Below, piece by piece: positions 22,349 to 34,027 of a stretch of DNA of 34,662 nucleotides (its first letter is position 1; the number at the start of each line of letters is the position of its first letter). The position numbers and the translations under genes are program-made. This DNA comes from Octopus bimaculoides (taxonomy: Eukaryota): assembly GCF_001194135.2 (NCBI RefSeq), contig NC_068985.1, positions 62,171,728-62,206,389 of the forward strand, written 5' to 3'. The notes beneath the pieces are model-generated. The model ran no database searches. It was not told the DNA's origin and saw only the letters and a program-made list of their open reading frames with translations.

Positions 22349-22489
22349 TAGTACTCTTGGAATGTGAAGGTGGGTGTGTGAGCCGTGTTTGTAATGCTGT
22401 GTGTGTGTGCGTGTGTCGTCTGAGGTGGGAATAGAGACAGTTTTCTCTATGATATCCTTTTCAGTCTATCAACTGATATAGTGTCTTTG

Positions 22490-23160
22490 CATATGATCAG
22501 AAAGATAGGGTTCGAGTATACAGGGGTGCTAGAAAAAAGTTAGATAATATTTTATGTAATAAAACCAATGGTACCTGCCCTAGATATAGAAGCAAAGATT
22601 GGGATAGGATACAAAGGGCTTGTGACAAAGCAAAACAGGGTGAACACGTGGTATAAAGCCAACAAATATCAAGGAGTAATGTTTGTAGAGGCCACAGCCC
22701 ATGGAGAGGTAGCCCATAGATTTAGGAAAACTCTGAAGGAAACCAAACTCAACATTAAGATTGTTGAACAGTCAGGGGACTTCAGCAGATCACAATTATG
22801 TAGGACGTACCCCTTTGAGAATACCATATGCACCAATGATAAATGCATGGTATATAGGATTAGCCCTGACATTAACTGTAGAACTAGAGATGTAATCTAC
22901 TGCATAAGATGCATAGAAGGTGCTTGTAAAAGACATCTAGGAGCATTGCGGAAAGAGTAAATGAACATTTGAGACAATTTGATGGCAAAAAAAAAACAGT
23001 CCTCCATACTCTACCAACATGCCAAGTACCAACATGGAGGCAACCTGGGTCAACTTGATATCTGCATTTCATCGAAGCACCCGAAGGATCCAACGCTCAG
23101 ACAAATACAGGTGTACGTCCTCAAAAATGAAACATCGTCAGTACTAAATAGGAAATATAC
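22490..23160 (+). mobile_element. Penelope-like element 3' fragment (thumb/linker plus GIY-YIG), frameshifted
   Basis: GTCPRYRSKDW, TWYK, VMFVEATAHGE, IKIVEQSG, C..DKC, NCRTRDVIYCIRC, LYQHAKYQH, DPTLRQI, LNRK. Confidence 0.8.
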
Positions 23161-23234
23161 ATAGTAGATAGTCATAGCCCCATACCTACAGTTTATATTT
23201 ATATACAGGTAGAATAGTTAGTGGGCTGTTATGT

Positions 23235-23800
23235 AGATGTATGTGTGTGTGTGTGTGTGTGTGTATATGTATATGTATGTAGGCAAATGGGTATGAAAGT
23301 AAAAAAGATAGACATACTGACGGATAGATACATAGGTAATATGAACAGACAAGCACACACACTCACGCGCAAATGAAGACTGAAACACATGACCATATAC
23401 ACACACACACTTCATTTCACACAAGGGCACATATGGAGACACACGTCCACACATATGGAGATACACATCCATACATAAAGACACAGTACATAGTCACAAA
23501 GACCCACACACACACACACACTCAGACATGTACACACAAGGAGAGAGAGGTACACACACATGCAAACACATACACACATGCAAACACACACACACAAAAA
23601 CACGCAAACACATGAATATGCAGAATACATTCATACAAATGTACACACATACATACATATATACATACGGACACACATACATACATACACATACTTGCAT
23701 GCATACATACATACATACATACATACATACATACATACAGATATACATACATGTGTATGCGCACACACACACTGATCCACACACATACGCACAAACAAAC
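23235..23800. repeat. Degenerate (TG)/(CA)/(CATA) low-complexity tract
   Basis: Direct reading. Confidence 0.9.
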
Positions 23801-23955
23801 AAAAAGAACGCTGCTTGAATAACAAACAGAGTCAACAACTATTGAAAAGGACGCAAGGAGTAACGAAAATTTTACTGGTGCGTGTGTTAAATTATAAGGC
23901 ACTAAAAGAGAATGACTCTCCCCAGACACAACAGAACTGCAACCTGTTGTTTATA

Positions 23956-23963
23956 TCACACAC

Positions 23964-24058
<95 letters not shown>
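23956..24058. repeat. (CA)n-(TA)n compound microsatellite
   Basis: Direct reading. Confidence 0.98.
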
Positions 24059-24061
<3 letters not shown>

Positions 24062-24230
24062 CAAATTTACAGAAAACAAAAGACGAAGACAGGTGTAGGA
24101 ACAACAAGCAGGTTATTAGCTTAACGCTCAGCAAAATGGAAAAGGCTTTTACGTTTGGAGCCTTCGCTCTTCGACAGAAAGGATAAAAGGAAGAAAAATG
24201 AAGAGAGAATGAAAAAAGCCGAGTGAGAAA
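24059..24230 (-). mobile_element. Short (TA)n-tailed repeat with a degenerate hammerhead-like fold (family H, copy 1)
   Basis: Reverse complement aligns with 29680-29810. The fold at 24146-24181 reads CUUU-CUGUCGA-A-GAGC/GCUC-CAAA-CG-UA-AAAG. Confidence 0.6.
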
Positions 24231-24294
24231 AATGCGCATAGATCAACAGTCCAACATAGCAAGATGACTGGAAAAAGAGGCTGAATGAAATGGA

Positions 24295-24372
<78 letters not shown>
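24295..24372. repeat. (GAT)n microsatellite
   Basis: Direct reading, about 26 units. Confidence 0.99.
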
Positions 24373-24373
<1 letters not shown>

Positions 24374-24377
24374 GTAA

Positions 24378-26691
24378 TGGCTAGTTAATGGGTAACATTC
24401 CTACTTCCAAAAAATGAAGAAACAAATGAACCAAAAAGTTATAGACCCCATAACCTGCTTAGCAACAATGCATAAAATGCTAGCATCTGTCTTGAATGAA
24501 TATAACTATAGGTTTTTTAATAGAAAGTGACATATTCCCTAATGAGCAAAAAGGATGTAAACGTGGGTCCTATGGTTGTAAAGATCAGCTACTCATCATA
24601 GGAAGATTGTCACAAACGACAGAAAAAACTTGACGATAGCCTGGATAGACTATAAAAATGCTTTTGACAGTCTACCACATAGCTGGATAAAGAAATGTTT
24701 AGAAATGTATAAATTGCACCTACTCTGTGAAACTTCTTGTCTGTAAGTATGAGATCATGGAGAACCACATTGACTTTGAACAGTGACACTGAATCTCTTC
24801 ATGCTGGAGATATAAGAATTTTGTGTGGCATTTTCCGGACAACTCTCTATCACTACTTCTCTGTTGTCTAGCCTCAATACCTCTCTCGAAATTGCTCAAT
24901 AATGTACAATACTGTTATAAAATGTTTGATAAAAATATAATCCATCTCATTTACATCGTTGATTTAAAGCGCTTTGCAAAAAATGACCAATAATTACAGG
25001 GCTTACTAGCGATTGTCAAACAATTCAGTGATGACATCAGAATGCAATTTGGATTCGATAAATGTATAAAAGCTACCTTTGTCAAAGGAAAAATGACAGA
25101 AACATCCAATGTTAATCTGGACCAGCAGAATGTCATAAAGGAATTAGAACCAGCAGAGAGCTACAAATACCTAGGGGTAATTGAAGGGGACGGAATCAAA
25201 CATTCAGTGATGAGGAAAAGGATCAGAAGAGAATGTTATCGCAGGGTAAAGGCAATACCCAAGACAGAGCTGAATGCAAGAAACAGGATCGAAGCGATCA
25301 ATACTTTAGCCGTACCAGTCGCGCCTTACAGTTTCAATATCATTAACTGGGCAGTTACTGAAATATGTAATTTTGACAGAAAAATACGAAAACTGTTGAC
25401 AATGAATGGAATGCACCACCCTAAAGCAGATATAGAACGACTTCGCCTGCAAAGAAAATAAGGTGGCCATGAACTTTTACAACTGGAATTAATAATGAAG
25501 ATTGCCACAATTGGCCTAGATAGCTACCTGAAAAACTCTGATAACTGGATGTTAAAACTAGTCTCAAAGCATGAAAACAAGAAAGCATCATACTCAGTAA
25601 CAAAACAGGCAAAGGAATATCTAAGTGAATTCCAAATACAACAAATTCCAGAATTAGACGTACTAGAAACAAGCACAGAAAAGGCTAAGCGTATGAAAAC
25701 CCGTGCTAAAACTGCTGCCTTAGATATTCTTACTGATGTCAAGAAAAACCTCTCAATGGTAAATACCCAAAGAGAGCTAATAGTGCCGATGTTAACAAAG
25801 CCCTTACACGTCAATGGTTAATGTCTTCTGGCTCAAAATCAGAAACAGAAGGGTTTATCATAGCAGCCCAAGATCAATGCCTACCTACAAGAAACTACCA
25901 GGCCAACATATTAAAGAACGGCAGTAGCCCAACATGTCGCTTATGTCAACAACAAAATGAAACTATTGATCATGTTGTCTCCATGTGCAGTCTTCTGCGC
26001 CTACAGAGTATCTCAACAAGCATGATAGAGCAGCACAATATATTTATTGGGTAATTTGCAAAGAATCTTGAACCTGCTGCATAATAAAAACTGGTGGGAA
26101 CACAAACCCCCTCTAGTGCTTGAAAATGATCACACCTCACTCCTCTGGAATTTCACCGTTCAAACTGACAGGTAGATAGATGCGAATAGGCCAGACATTA
26201 TATTGAAAGACTTCAGACAAAAATCATGCCTCCTCATTGATATGACTGTCCCAATCGGCATAAATGTATCTGTCAAGACTTACCAAAAACTGAGCAAGTA
26301 TAAAAATTTTGAAATAGAAATTGGCAATATGTGGAACCTGAAGACTAAAACAATACCTATTTTCATAGGTGCCCTAGGAATGATAGCAAAAGGGGCTAAT
26401 TGCTACCTAGATCATCTACCATGAAGACCCAAAATGGCAGAAATTCAAAAGATAGTGAACTGCCCATATCCTACGTAAAATAATGTCTACGTAATCTCAA
26501 ATTTTAAAACAAGCTCATAATTTTCATGTTTTCTTAAACATTCTCTAAAATAATACTACGTGCAAAACCAAATATATAACACCCTAGGCATAAAACCAAC
26601 AGGAACTTCTAGCATGGAGCCAACTTGTACAAATACAAAGTAAAAGTCAAACAACAACAACAATAATAATAATAATAATAATAATAATAAT
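24378..26691 (+). mobile_element. R4/Dong-type RLE LINE, copy 4 (5'-truncated, related to copy 1, (AAC)(AAT)n tail)
   Basis: FLLPKNEETNEPKSYRPITC, EQKGCKRGSYGCKDQL, DYKNAFDS, SYKYLG, MHHPKADIERL, CRLC..ETIDHVVSMC, NRPDII, IDMTVP, KLSKYK. Stop at 26492-26494. Confidence 0.93.
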
Positions 26692-26769
26692 TGATGTATC
26701 AATACCAGCAGATGACAACGTTTCTCTAAAAGAAATGGAAAAACTTTCAAAATACAAAGACCTGGAAAT
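26692..26769 (+). mobile_element. Isolated RLE-domain fragment of a fifth R4/Dong-type copy
   Basis: Translates to (I)DVSIPADDNVSLKEMEKLSKYKDLEI and lies between (AAT)n and (TA)n. Confidence 0.8.
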
Positions 26770-26936
26770 ATATATATATATACACACGCATTTATATTTT
26801 CCTATACATACATACATGCACGTATACAAACACACATAATAATGTGTGTATTCATATACACACACACACTCACATGCACGCACATACACATACTGAACCC
26901 TGTTTATATGTATGTGCCTGTATATGTGTGTGTGTA

Positions 26937-26972
<36 letters not shown>

Positions 26973-27118
26973 GATGTATGGATGGATGGATGGATGGATG
27001 GATGGATGAATGGATGTATGTACATATGTATGTATGTATGTATGTATTATGTATGTGTGTATGTATGTATGTATGTATGTATGTATGTATGTATGTATGT
27101 ATGTATGTATGTATGTAT
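26770..27118. repeat. Compound (TA)/(CA)/(TG)/(GGAT)/(TATG)n microsatellites
   Basis: Direct reading. Confidence 0.95.
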
Positions 27119-27157
27119 AATTTCAATAATAATAAAAGGATAAAATATTTCGAAATG

Positions 27158-27223
27158 CTGCATTGAAGATGAGAAATAAGTAAGTAAATATAACTTTACT
27201 GTAATCTCGAAACGCGTATGTAG
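27158..27223 (+). ncRNA. Minimal type I hammerhead ribozyme (C3U variant, extended stem II)
   Basis: Stem I CUGCA/UGUAG; core UUGAAGA plus U; stem II GAGA/UCUC with inner AGUAAA/UUUACU; GAAA; palindromic CGCG; GUA triplet. Confidence 0.65.
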
Positions 27224-28807
27224 GTAATCTGAGTCGTGTGGATTCGTTAATTTTTCTTTTGTTCATTTTGCCTACTTAAAAAAGTGTGTTACTGTCTGGG
27301 AGATCTTTATGGTAGTGGAAGAGGCATTTAACGCCTATTTCTAAATTTGGTGTGTGGCGAAGCAATTAAAATGACCCCTGATTATAAGTATGTTTATAAT
27401 TATAGAATATTATGTATGTATATGTATACATATATGTGTATGTATATATATATGTGTATATATATATATNNNNNNNNNNNNNNNNNNNNNNNNNNNNNNN
27501 NNNNNNNNNNNNNNNNNNNNNNNNNNNNNNNNNNNNNNNNNNNNNNNNNNNNNNNNNNNNNNNNNNNNNNNNNNNNNNNNNNNNNNNNNNNNNNNNNNNN
27601 NNNNNNNNNNNNNNNNNNNNNNNNNNNNNNNNNNNNNNNNNNNNNNNNNNNNNNNNNNNNNNNNNNNNNNNNNNNNNNNNNNNNNNNNNNNNNNNNNNNN
27701 NNNNNNNNNNNNNNNNNNNNNNNNNNNNNNNNNNNNNNNNNNNNNNNNNNNNNNNNNNNNNNNNNNNNNNNNNNNNNNNNNNNNNNNNNNNNNNNNNNNN
27801 NNNNNNNNNNNNNNNNNNNNNNNNNNNNNNNNNNNNNNNNNNNNNNNNNNNNNNNNNNNNNNNNNNNNNNNNNNNNNNNNNNNNNNNNNNNNNNNNNNNN
27901 NNNNNNNNNNNNNNNNNNNNNNNNNNNNNNNNNNNNNNNNNNNNNNNNNNNNNNNNNNNNNNNNNNNNNNNNNNNNNNNNNNNNNNNNNNNNNNNNNNNN
28001 NNNNNNNNNNNNNNNNNNNNNNNNNNNNNNNNNNNNNNNNNNNNNNNNNNNNNNNNNNNNNNNNNNNNNNNNNNNNNNNNNNNNNNNNNNNNNNNNNNNN
28101 NNNNNNNNNNNNNNNNNNNNNNNNNNNNNNNNNNNNNNNNNNNNNNNNNNNNNNNNNNNNNNNNNNNNNNNNNNNNNNNNNNNNNNNNNNNNNNNNNNNA
28201 TAATATATGTATATAAATATAATTTAGAGAAGAACCATCAATATACAATTGAAACAGTGAAGGAGACCAATCACTATCAAGAAAAGCGTACTCTACAAAA
28301 TACTAATTTAAAAATCTATAAAATCTAAAAGAAAAGTATAAAATCCATAAAAATCTATAAAATACTAGACTAAAAATTTAATTCAACTTCGTAAATTGAT
28401 AAAATAGAAGGTAAAGTGTTGACTACGCGCGTTTCGTGGCCACATTATAGCAGAAAAAACCAGTACAATTCACAATAAATTGATCAAGATTATATTCTAC
28501 TCAAAATACAGTCACTCATTAGGTCTCTGGAAAAAATAAGAATTCAAATAACGTATCTTACTAAATAAATAATTAAAATATCAGTACTTGTAGGAAAGCT
28601 CTCGTTAGTATAATAAATGAAATGTAAACGCGTAATACTAATAATTCAAGTTAAAGGTATGATCCATCTAAAATAATATCTTTGGACTAATGGTAAACAT
28701 CTTTATGAACAGAAATACATATAAAAAGATAGTGTTATTAAATAAATTCGAACGTTAAGCAATATTAGTAAAATAAACGGCATCACTTATGTTATCGATG
28801 ATCTCTT

Positions 28808-28954
28808 GTGAACTCTAATTTTAACCTTAATGCGTAGAATTTATATGAAGTATGTCACGTGAAAATATGGTGTCCCTCCGTGAACTCAAATATTAAGCCT
28901 AATGCGTAGAATTTATAATGTATAAATCACGTGACAATATGGCGTCACAGGAAG
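28808..28954 (+). promoter_or_regulatory. Tandem 72-bp duplication with E-box, YY1-like and ETS-like motifs (promoter-like)
   Basis: Units start GTGAACTC at 28808 and 28880. CACGTG at 28856 and 28928, AATATGGCG at 28936, CAGGAAG at 28948. Confidence 0.4.
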
Positions 28955-29372
28955 CAGAAAGAAGAACGTATTATAATGAATAAAGTGACGAAATGTGTAA
29001 TAGAATAGGGGAACTAACCTATAGTATACTATTTACTGGAAGATTAAAATTTTAATTATTATTAAAGTCTAAATAATTAGAACTAATAAATGTAAGAGCT
29101 ATCTCAATTACGTAAATAACGCTATATTTTAAGGAATAAATATATTTCGTTAAACTTATTATTTATGACTAAATATCTTAATTTTATTACAGCTATGTAT
29201 TGTCCTCTAAAAAATTCATAATCTAACTATACTTTATTCGCTTCTATGAAATTATTTTCACAGCAAGTAACTTTTCTTGNNNNNNNNNNNNNNNNNNNNN
29301 NNNNNNNNNNNNNNNNNNNNNNNNNNNNNNNNNNNNNNNNNNNNNNNNNNNNNNNNNNNNNNNNNNNNNNNN

Positions 29373-29431
<59 letters not shown>
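29373..29431. repeat. (TG)n microsatellite
   Basis: Direct reading. Confidence 0.98.
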
Positions 29432-29433
<2 letters not shown>

Positions 29434-29480
29434 CATACATATGTAGATAAGTAGATAGATACATGTCTGTATATGTATAT

Positions 29481-29541
29481 CTCTTTTGCTCTCTTACTCG
29501 TTTCAGCCATGTGACTGCGGTCATGCTGGAGCACCACCCTG
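29481..29541. mobile_element. Terminal fragment of a SINE-like repeat (second copy at 29845-29955)
   Basis: TACT(C/T)GTTTCAG(C/T)CAT(G/T)TGACTG(C/T)GGTCATGCTGGAGCACC occurs in both places. Confidence 0.6.
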
Positions 29542-29679
29542 CATATATATATATAGCCTACACACATACACTCGTATATGCATGCATACACATGCATATA
29601 CATACATGCATACATACATGCATGTATACATGCTTGATCGCTGAATCCACAATTTTTTTCTTATTCTCTGTTTATTTTG

Positions 29680-29808
29680 TCTTATTAATTTCTACTGAAG
29701 AACATAGGCTCAAAACGTAAAATACTTTCGCACTTTCCCGAGCATCAAACTAATACACCTGTTTGTTCATGCACCTGTTTTTGTCTTTGTTTTTCTGTAA
29801 ATTTCAAC

Positions 29809-29810
<2 letters not shown>
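29680..29810 (+). mobile_element. Family H repeat, copy 2 (more decayed hammerhead-like region), followed by (TG)n(TA)n
   Basis: GAAGAACATAGGCTCAAAACGTAAAA...CTAATACACCTG...TTTCTGTAAATTTCAACT aligns with the reverse complement of 24059-24185. Confidence 0.6.
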
Positions 29811-29840
<30 letters not shown>

Positions 29841-29844
29841 AATA

Positions 29845-29955
29845 CTTTTTTTTTACTTGTTTCAGTCATTTGACTGTGGTCATGCTGGAGCACCGCCTTT
29901 AGTCGAGTAAATCGACCCCAGGACTTATTATTTGGATGCCTAGTACTTATTCTAT
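29845..29955. mobile_element. Terminal part of a SINE-like repeat running into the gap
   Basis: Shares a block with 29481-29541; ATCGACCCCAG also resembles the SINE at 13070-13100. Confidence 0.6.
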
Positions 29956-30410
29956 NNNNNNNNNNNNNNNNNNNNNNNNNNNNNNNNNNNNNNNNNNNNN
30001 NNNNNNNNNNNNNNNNNNNNNNNNNNNNNNNNNNNNNNNNNNNNNNNNNNNNNNNNNNNNNNNNNNNNNNNNNNNNNNNNNNNNNNNNNNNNNNNNNNNN
30101 NNNNNNNNNNNNNNNNNNNNNNNNNNNNNNNNNNNNNNNNNNNNNNNNNNNNNNNNNNNNNNNNNNNNNNNNNNNNNNNNNNNNNNNNNNNNNNNNNNNN
30201 NNNNNNNNNNNNNNNNNTTTATATTCATATAAAAACAAGAAAAAAGAAAATGGGAATGGAATTTAATTATAGTTTATTCTTAACAACAAATCAAACATCG
30301 CCCCTTACAGACCAGAGCATAATATCTTCAGAGGTGAAAAAATATACCATTAGAATTTTTATATGTGTTTATAGATTCATTATAGCGGATCTATTATATG
30401 TAAGTATATA

Positions 30411-31172
30411 TCTCAGGTCATCCCATAAGTTCTATCCAAATTTTGAATAAAGAAGCCATTTATCTATGACTTCTTTTTGATTATCTATGACTTCCTGCCA
30501 TCTATTTACAAGCTTTTTAATCCCATCAATGTAAAATTCTTTTGATTTCAAAGCGAAGAATTCTGAAATGTCAGTTTCGATCTCCTCCTAGCTTACGAAA
30601 GTTATGTCCCCCAAATTATTCTGTAAACTACGAAACAAATGGTAGTCTGAAGGAGAAAGGTCGGGAGAATAAGGTGGATGAGTAATTTTTTCCCAACCAA
30701 GTTCTTCGATCTTCTGTGGTGTGATCTTTGCTGTGTGGGGTCGCGCATTGTTCTCATGAAATATCACTCCTTTTCGATTCACTAAAGCGGGTCTCTTTTT
30801 CTTCAAAGTTTGGTTCAAACGCCCTAATTGCTGACAGTAGACTTGAGCATTGATTGTTGCATTAGGTGGTAACAATTCAAAGTGAATTACTCTTTTGCAA
30901 TTCCACCAGAAAGAGAGAAGAACTTTTTTTCCATGAAGTTCCCTTCCCGGTTGTGGTTGAGCTTTTTCCCTTTTACCAAGCCACTGTTTACGACGTTTAA
31001 CATTTCGATAGAAGACCCATTTTTCGTCACGAGTCACAAGTCTATCAAAAAAGGGTGAATTGCGTTCGCGAGAATAGAGAGAAGAGCAGATGTCAACTTG
31101 GGATTTGTGGTTGCTTTCGGACAATTCATGAGGCACCCATTTTCCAAGTTTAGGAATCTTTCCAAGTTGTTC
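30411..31172 (-). mobile_element. mariner (DD34D) transposon, 3' part; the 5' end is in the gap
   Basis: KLGKWVPHEL, TRDEKWVFY, KKVLLSFWWN, FHENNARPH (D to N), HPPYSPDLSPSDYHLF, 34-residue spacing. Candidate TIR TCAGGTCATCCCATAAGTTC at about 30413. Confidence 0.93.
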
Positions 31173-31925
31173 NNNNNNNNNNNNNNNNNNNNNNNNNNNN
31201 NNNNNNNNNNNNNNNNNNNNNNNNNNNNNNNNNNNNNNNNNNNNNNNNNNNNNNNNNNNNNNNNNNNNNNNNNNNNNNNNNNNNNNNNNNNNNNNNNNNN
31301 NNNNNNNNNNNNNNNNNNNNNNNNNNNNNNNNNNNNNNNNNNNNNNNNNNNNNNNNNNNNNNNNNNNNNNNNNNNNNNNNNNNNNNNNNNNNNNNNNNNN
31401 NNNNNNNNNNNNNNNNNNNNNNNNNNNNNNNNNNNNNNNNNNNNNNNNNNNNNNNNNNNNNNNNNNNNNNNNNNNNNNNNNNNNNNNNNNNNNNNNNNNN
31501 NNNNNNNNNNNNNNNNNNNNNNNNNNNNNNNNNNNNNNNNNNNNNNNNNNNNNNNNNNNNNNNNNNNNNNNNNNNNNNNNNNNNNNNNNNNNNNNNNNNN
31601 NNNNNNNNNNNNNNNNNNNNNNNNNNNNNNNNNNNNNNNNNNNNNNNNNNNNNNNNNNNNNNNNNNNNNNNNNNNNNNNNNNNNNNNNNNNNNNNNNNNN
31701 NNNNNNNNNNNNNNNNNNNNNNNNNNNNNNNNNNNNNNNNNNNNNNNNNNNNNNNNNNNNNNNNNNNNNNNNNNNNNNNNNNNNNNNNNNNNNNNNNNNN
31801 NNNNNNNNNNNNNNNNNNNNNNNNNNNNNNNNNNNNNNNNNNNNNNNNNNNNNNNNNNNNNNNNNNNNNNNNNNNNNNNNNNNNNNNNNNNNNNNNNNNN
31901 NNNNNNNNNNNNNNNNNNNNNNNNN

Positions 31926-31954
31926 TGTGTGTGTAATTATGCATGTATGTATGT

Positions 31955-32023
<69 letters not shown>

Positions 32024-32142
32024 TGTGTTCTTATTTGTGCTCCGATATGTCGTCATCATTAATTCTTTGTTGGCCCTTTATATACCTTGGCTGTACCTGT
32101 ACCTTTACCCTAATTTCACCTTTCCTCTCCATTTCTCTCTTG

Positions 32143-32211
<69 letters not shown>

Positions 32212-32262
32212 CCTCTTTCACACACACACACACACGCACCCCCCACCCACACACACACACTT
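31926..32262. repeat. (TAGA)/(CAGA)n, (CT)n and (CA)n microsatellites
   Basis: Direct reading (about 31955-32022, 32140-32212, 32218-32262). Confidence 0.95.
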
Positions 32263-32959
32263 ATAAACACACCTTCGGCAGTTTGTCGTATGTAGTTATG
32301 TTTGGTATTTTAGTCGTCCCAACTATGTAGTATCACTTCTGGCGATATTTTAAAGTCACCGCTGCTTGCTGTCACTAAATCCTGTTGCTGCCCTCACTGA
32401 TAAACGACGTATGTGTATGCGTGTGTGCGTGTGCGTGTGCGTGTGCGTGTGAGTGTACGTGTGCGACCATGTGCGCGCGCGCGTATGTGTGTATATGAAT
32501 GCATATAAATTTGTATATATATATATTTTATATACATATATATATCATGTATATTTATATATATGTANNNNNNNNNNNNNNNNNNNNNNNNNNNNNNNNN
32601 NNNNNNNNNNNNNNNNNNNNNNNNNNNNNNNNNNNNNNNNNNNNNNNNNNNNNNNNNNNNNNNNNNNNNNNNNNNNNNNNNNNNNNNNNNNNNNNNNNNN
32701 NNNNNNNNNNNNNNNNNNNNNNNNNNNNNNNNNNNNNNNNNNNNNNNNNNNNNNNNNNNNNNNNNNNNNNNNNNNNNNNNNNNNNNNNNNNNNNNNNNNN
32801 NNNNNNNNNNNNNNNNTATATATACAAATATATATATGTATGTATGTATGTATGTACTGAGGTGAGTTAGCAAAACTTTCTCTCTGTGCTGCAGTAACTT
32901 TCTCCGACGTAATCTTGATACGGATGCATTTCCCCTTAAAAAAAGTGGAACATCTGCAA

Positions 32960-33005
32960 CCACCACCACATGCCACCACCACTACCACTGCATACCACCA
33001 CTACC

Positions 33006-33054
<49 letters not shown>

Positions 33055-33135
33055 TTGTTGTTGCTACTGCTGCTGCTGCTACTACTATTACTACTGTCAC
33101 TACCACCATTGCGGCTGCTACTGCTGCTATTGTGA
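32960..33135. repeat. Compound (CCA)/(CTA)/(CTG)n trinucleotide tract
   Basis: Direct reading. Confidence 0.95.
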
Positions 33136-33549
33136 TCACGTTCTGAGTTGTTACATTTCGCTCCTAAACGTAAACACAGCCATAACAACTGACAACACAT
33201 GCATAATGTGATATTTCTTGTACAGATGGATTGTTTTCTTTCACTGTAGTTCCACTTAGAAACTACCACACTATTGACCTCTCTCTTCTTCGACGACTCT
33301 CGTTCATTTATTGATTTTCGTTTAGTTAAATTGCCTTTTGATATACGAATAAACATACATATATACTACCTGCTTATATACACAACATACATACATACAT
33401 ACATACATACATACATACATACACACACACATATATATATACACACACACAAAACATATACAAAGTTATATACTACATACATATGCGTATGTGCATGTAT
33501 ATGTAGATATATGCAAATACCTCCTGAAATGTAGTCCGGATATATATAT

Positions 33550-33668
33550 CTAGAGAGGCAAGTAGATTGGTTGTGTGTCGCATGCTGGCTCCAGTGTTGT
33601 AATGTTAGCCGCTATGCAGCTCCGTCTGGGAGGTACATTAGATCGAGGGTGCAGAAGAAATACATCAG
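33550..33668 (+). other. Candidate non-coding 5' exon
   Basis: Unique, higher-GC stretch ending in the donor CATCAG|GTAAAA (intron from 33669), about 250 bp before a strong acceptor at 33922. The start is undefined. Confidence 0.3.
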
Positions 33669-34027
33669 GTAAAACTTCTCTTGCTCGCCAAACAAATACA
33701 AAACGTTGAACAAGGGAAGTTTAGAGTTTTTAAAACTTAGCTTCAAGTTTTTGTAGCAATCACTGTACAGCGTATATTACTAAATTTTCCATACACAACT
33801 AAATCCTATATACACATATATACAACAAATACATACTTACATATATACACATACTCATCATAAAGACAAGAAAAAAGTGCTATTTTACTCTTATTTATTT
33901 CTACACTTTTACCTGCTTTTAGCTTACACGAAGACATATGTTCCTACGCGCGCGCACACACGCGCACAAATTTATATATAATATTAACATACACACACAT
34001 ATATTAGGGGACAGGTTAAATGACAGG

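Noticed and set aside
23218-23929. Numerous CVCV/HTHT/YIYI ORFs here and at 26.6-27.2, 29.2-29.7 and 32.0-33.5 kb
   Set aside because: They are translations of microsatellites or N runs.
28418-28465. Minus-strand CCAC-GAAA-CGCGCG-TA, hammerhead-like
   Set aside because: The CUGANGA core and stem I cannot be recovered; it is too decayed to call.
32855-32900. Perfect donor GAG|GTGAGT and a nearby acceptor
   Set aside because: Upstream is only (TATG)n and a gap, so there is no exon-like sequence.
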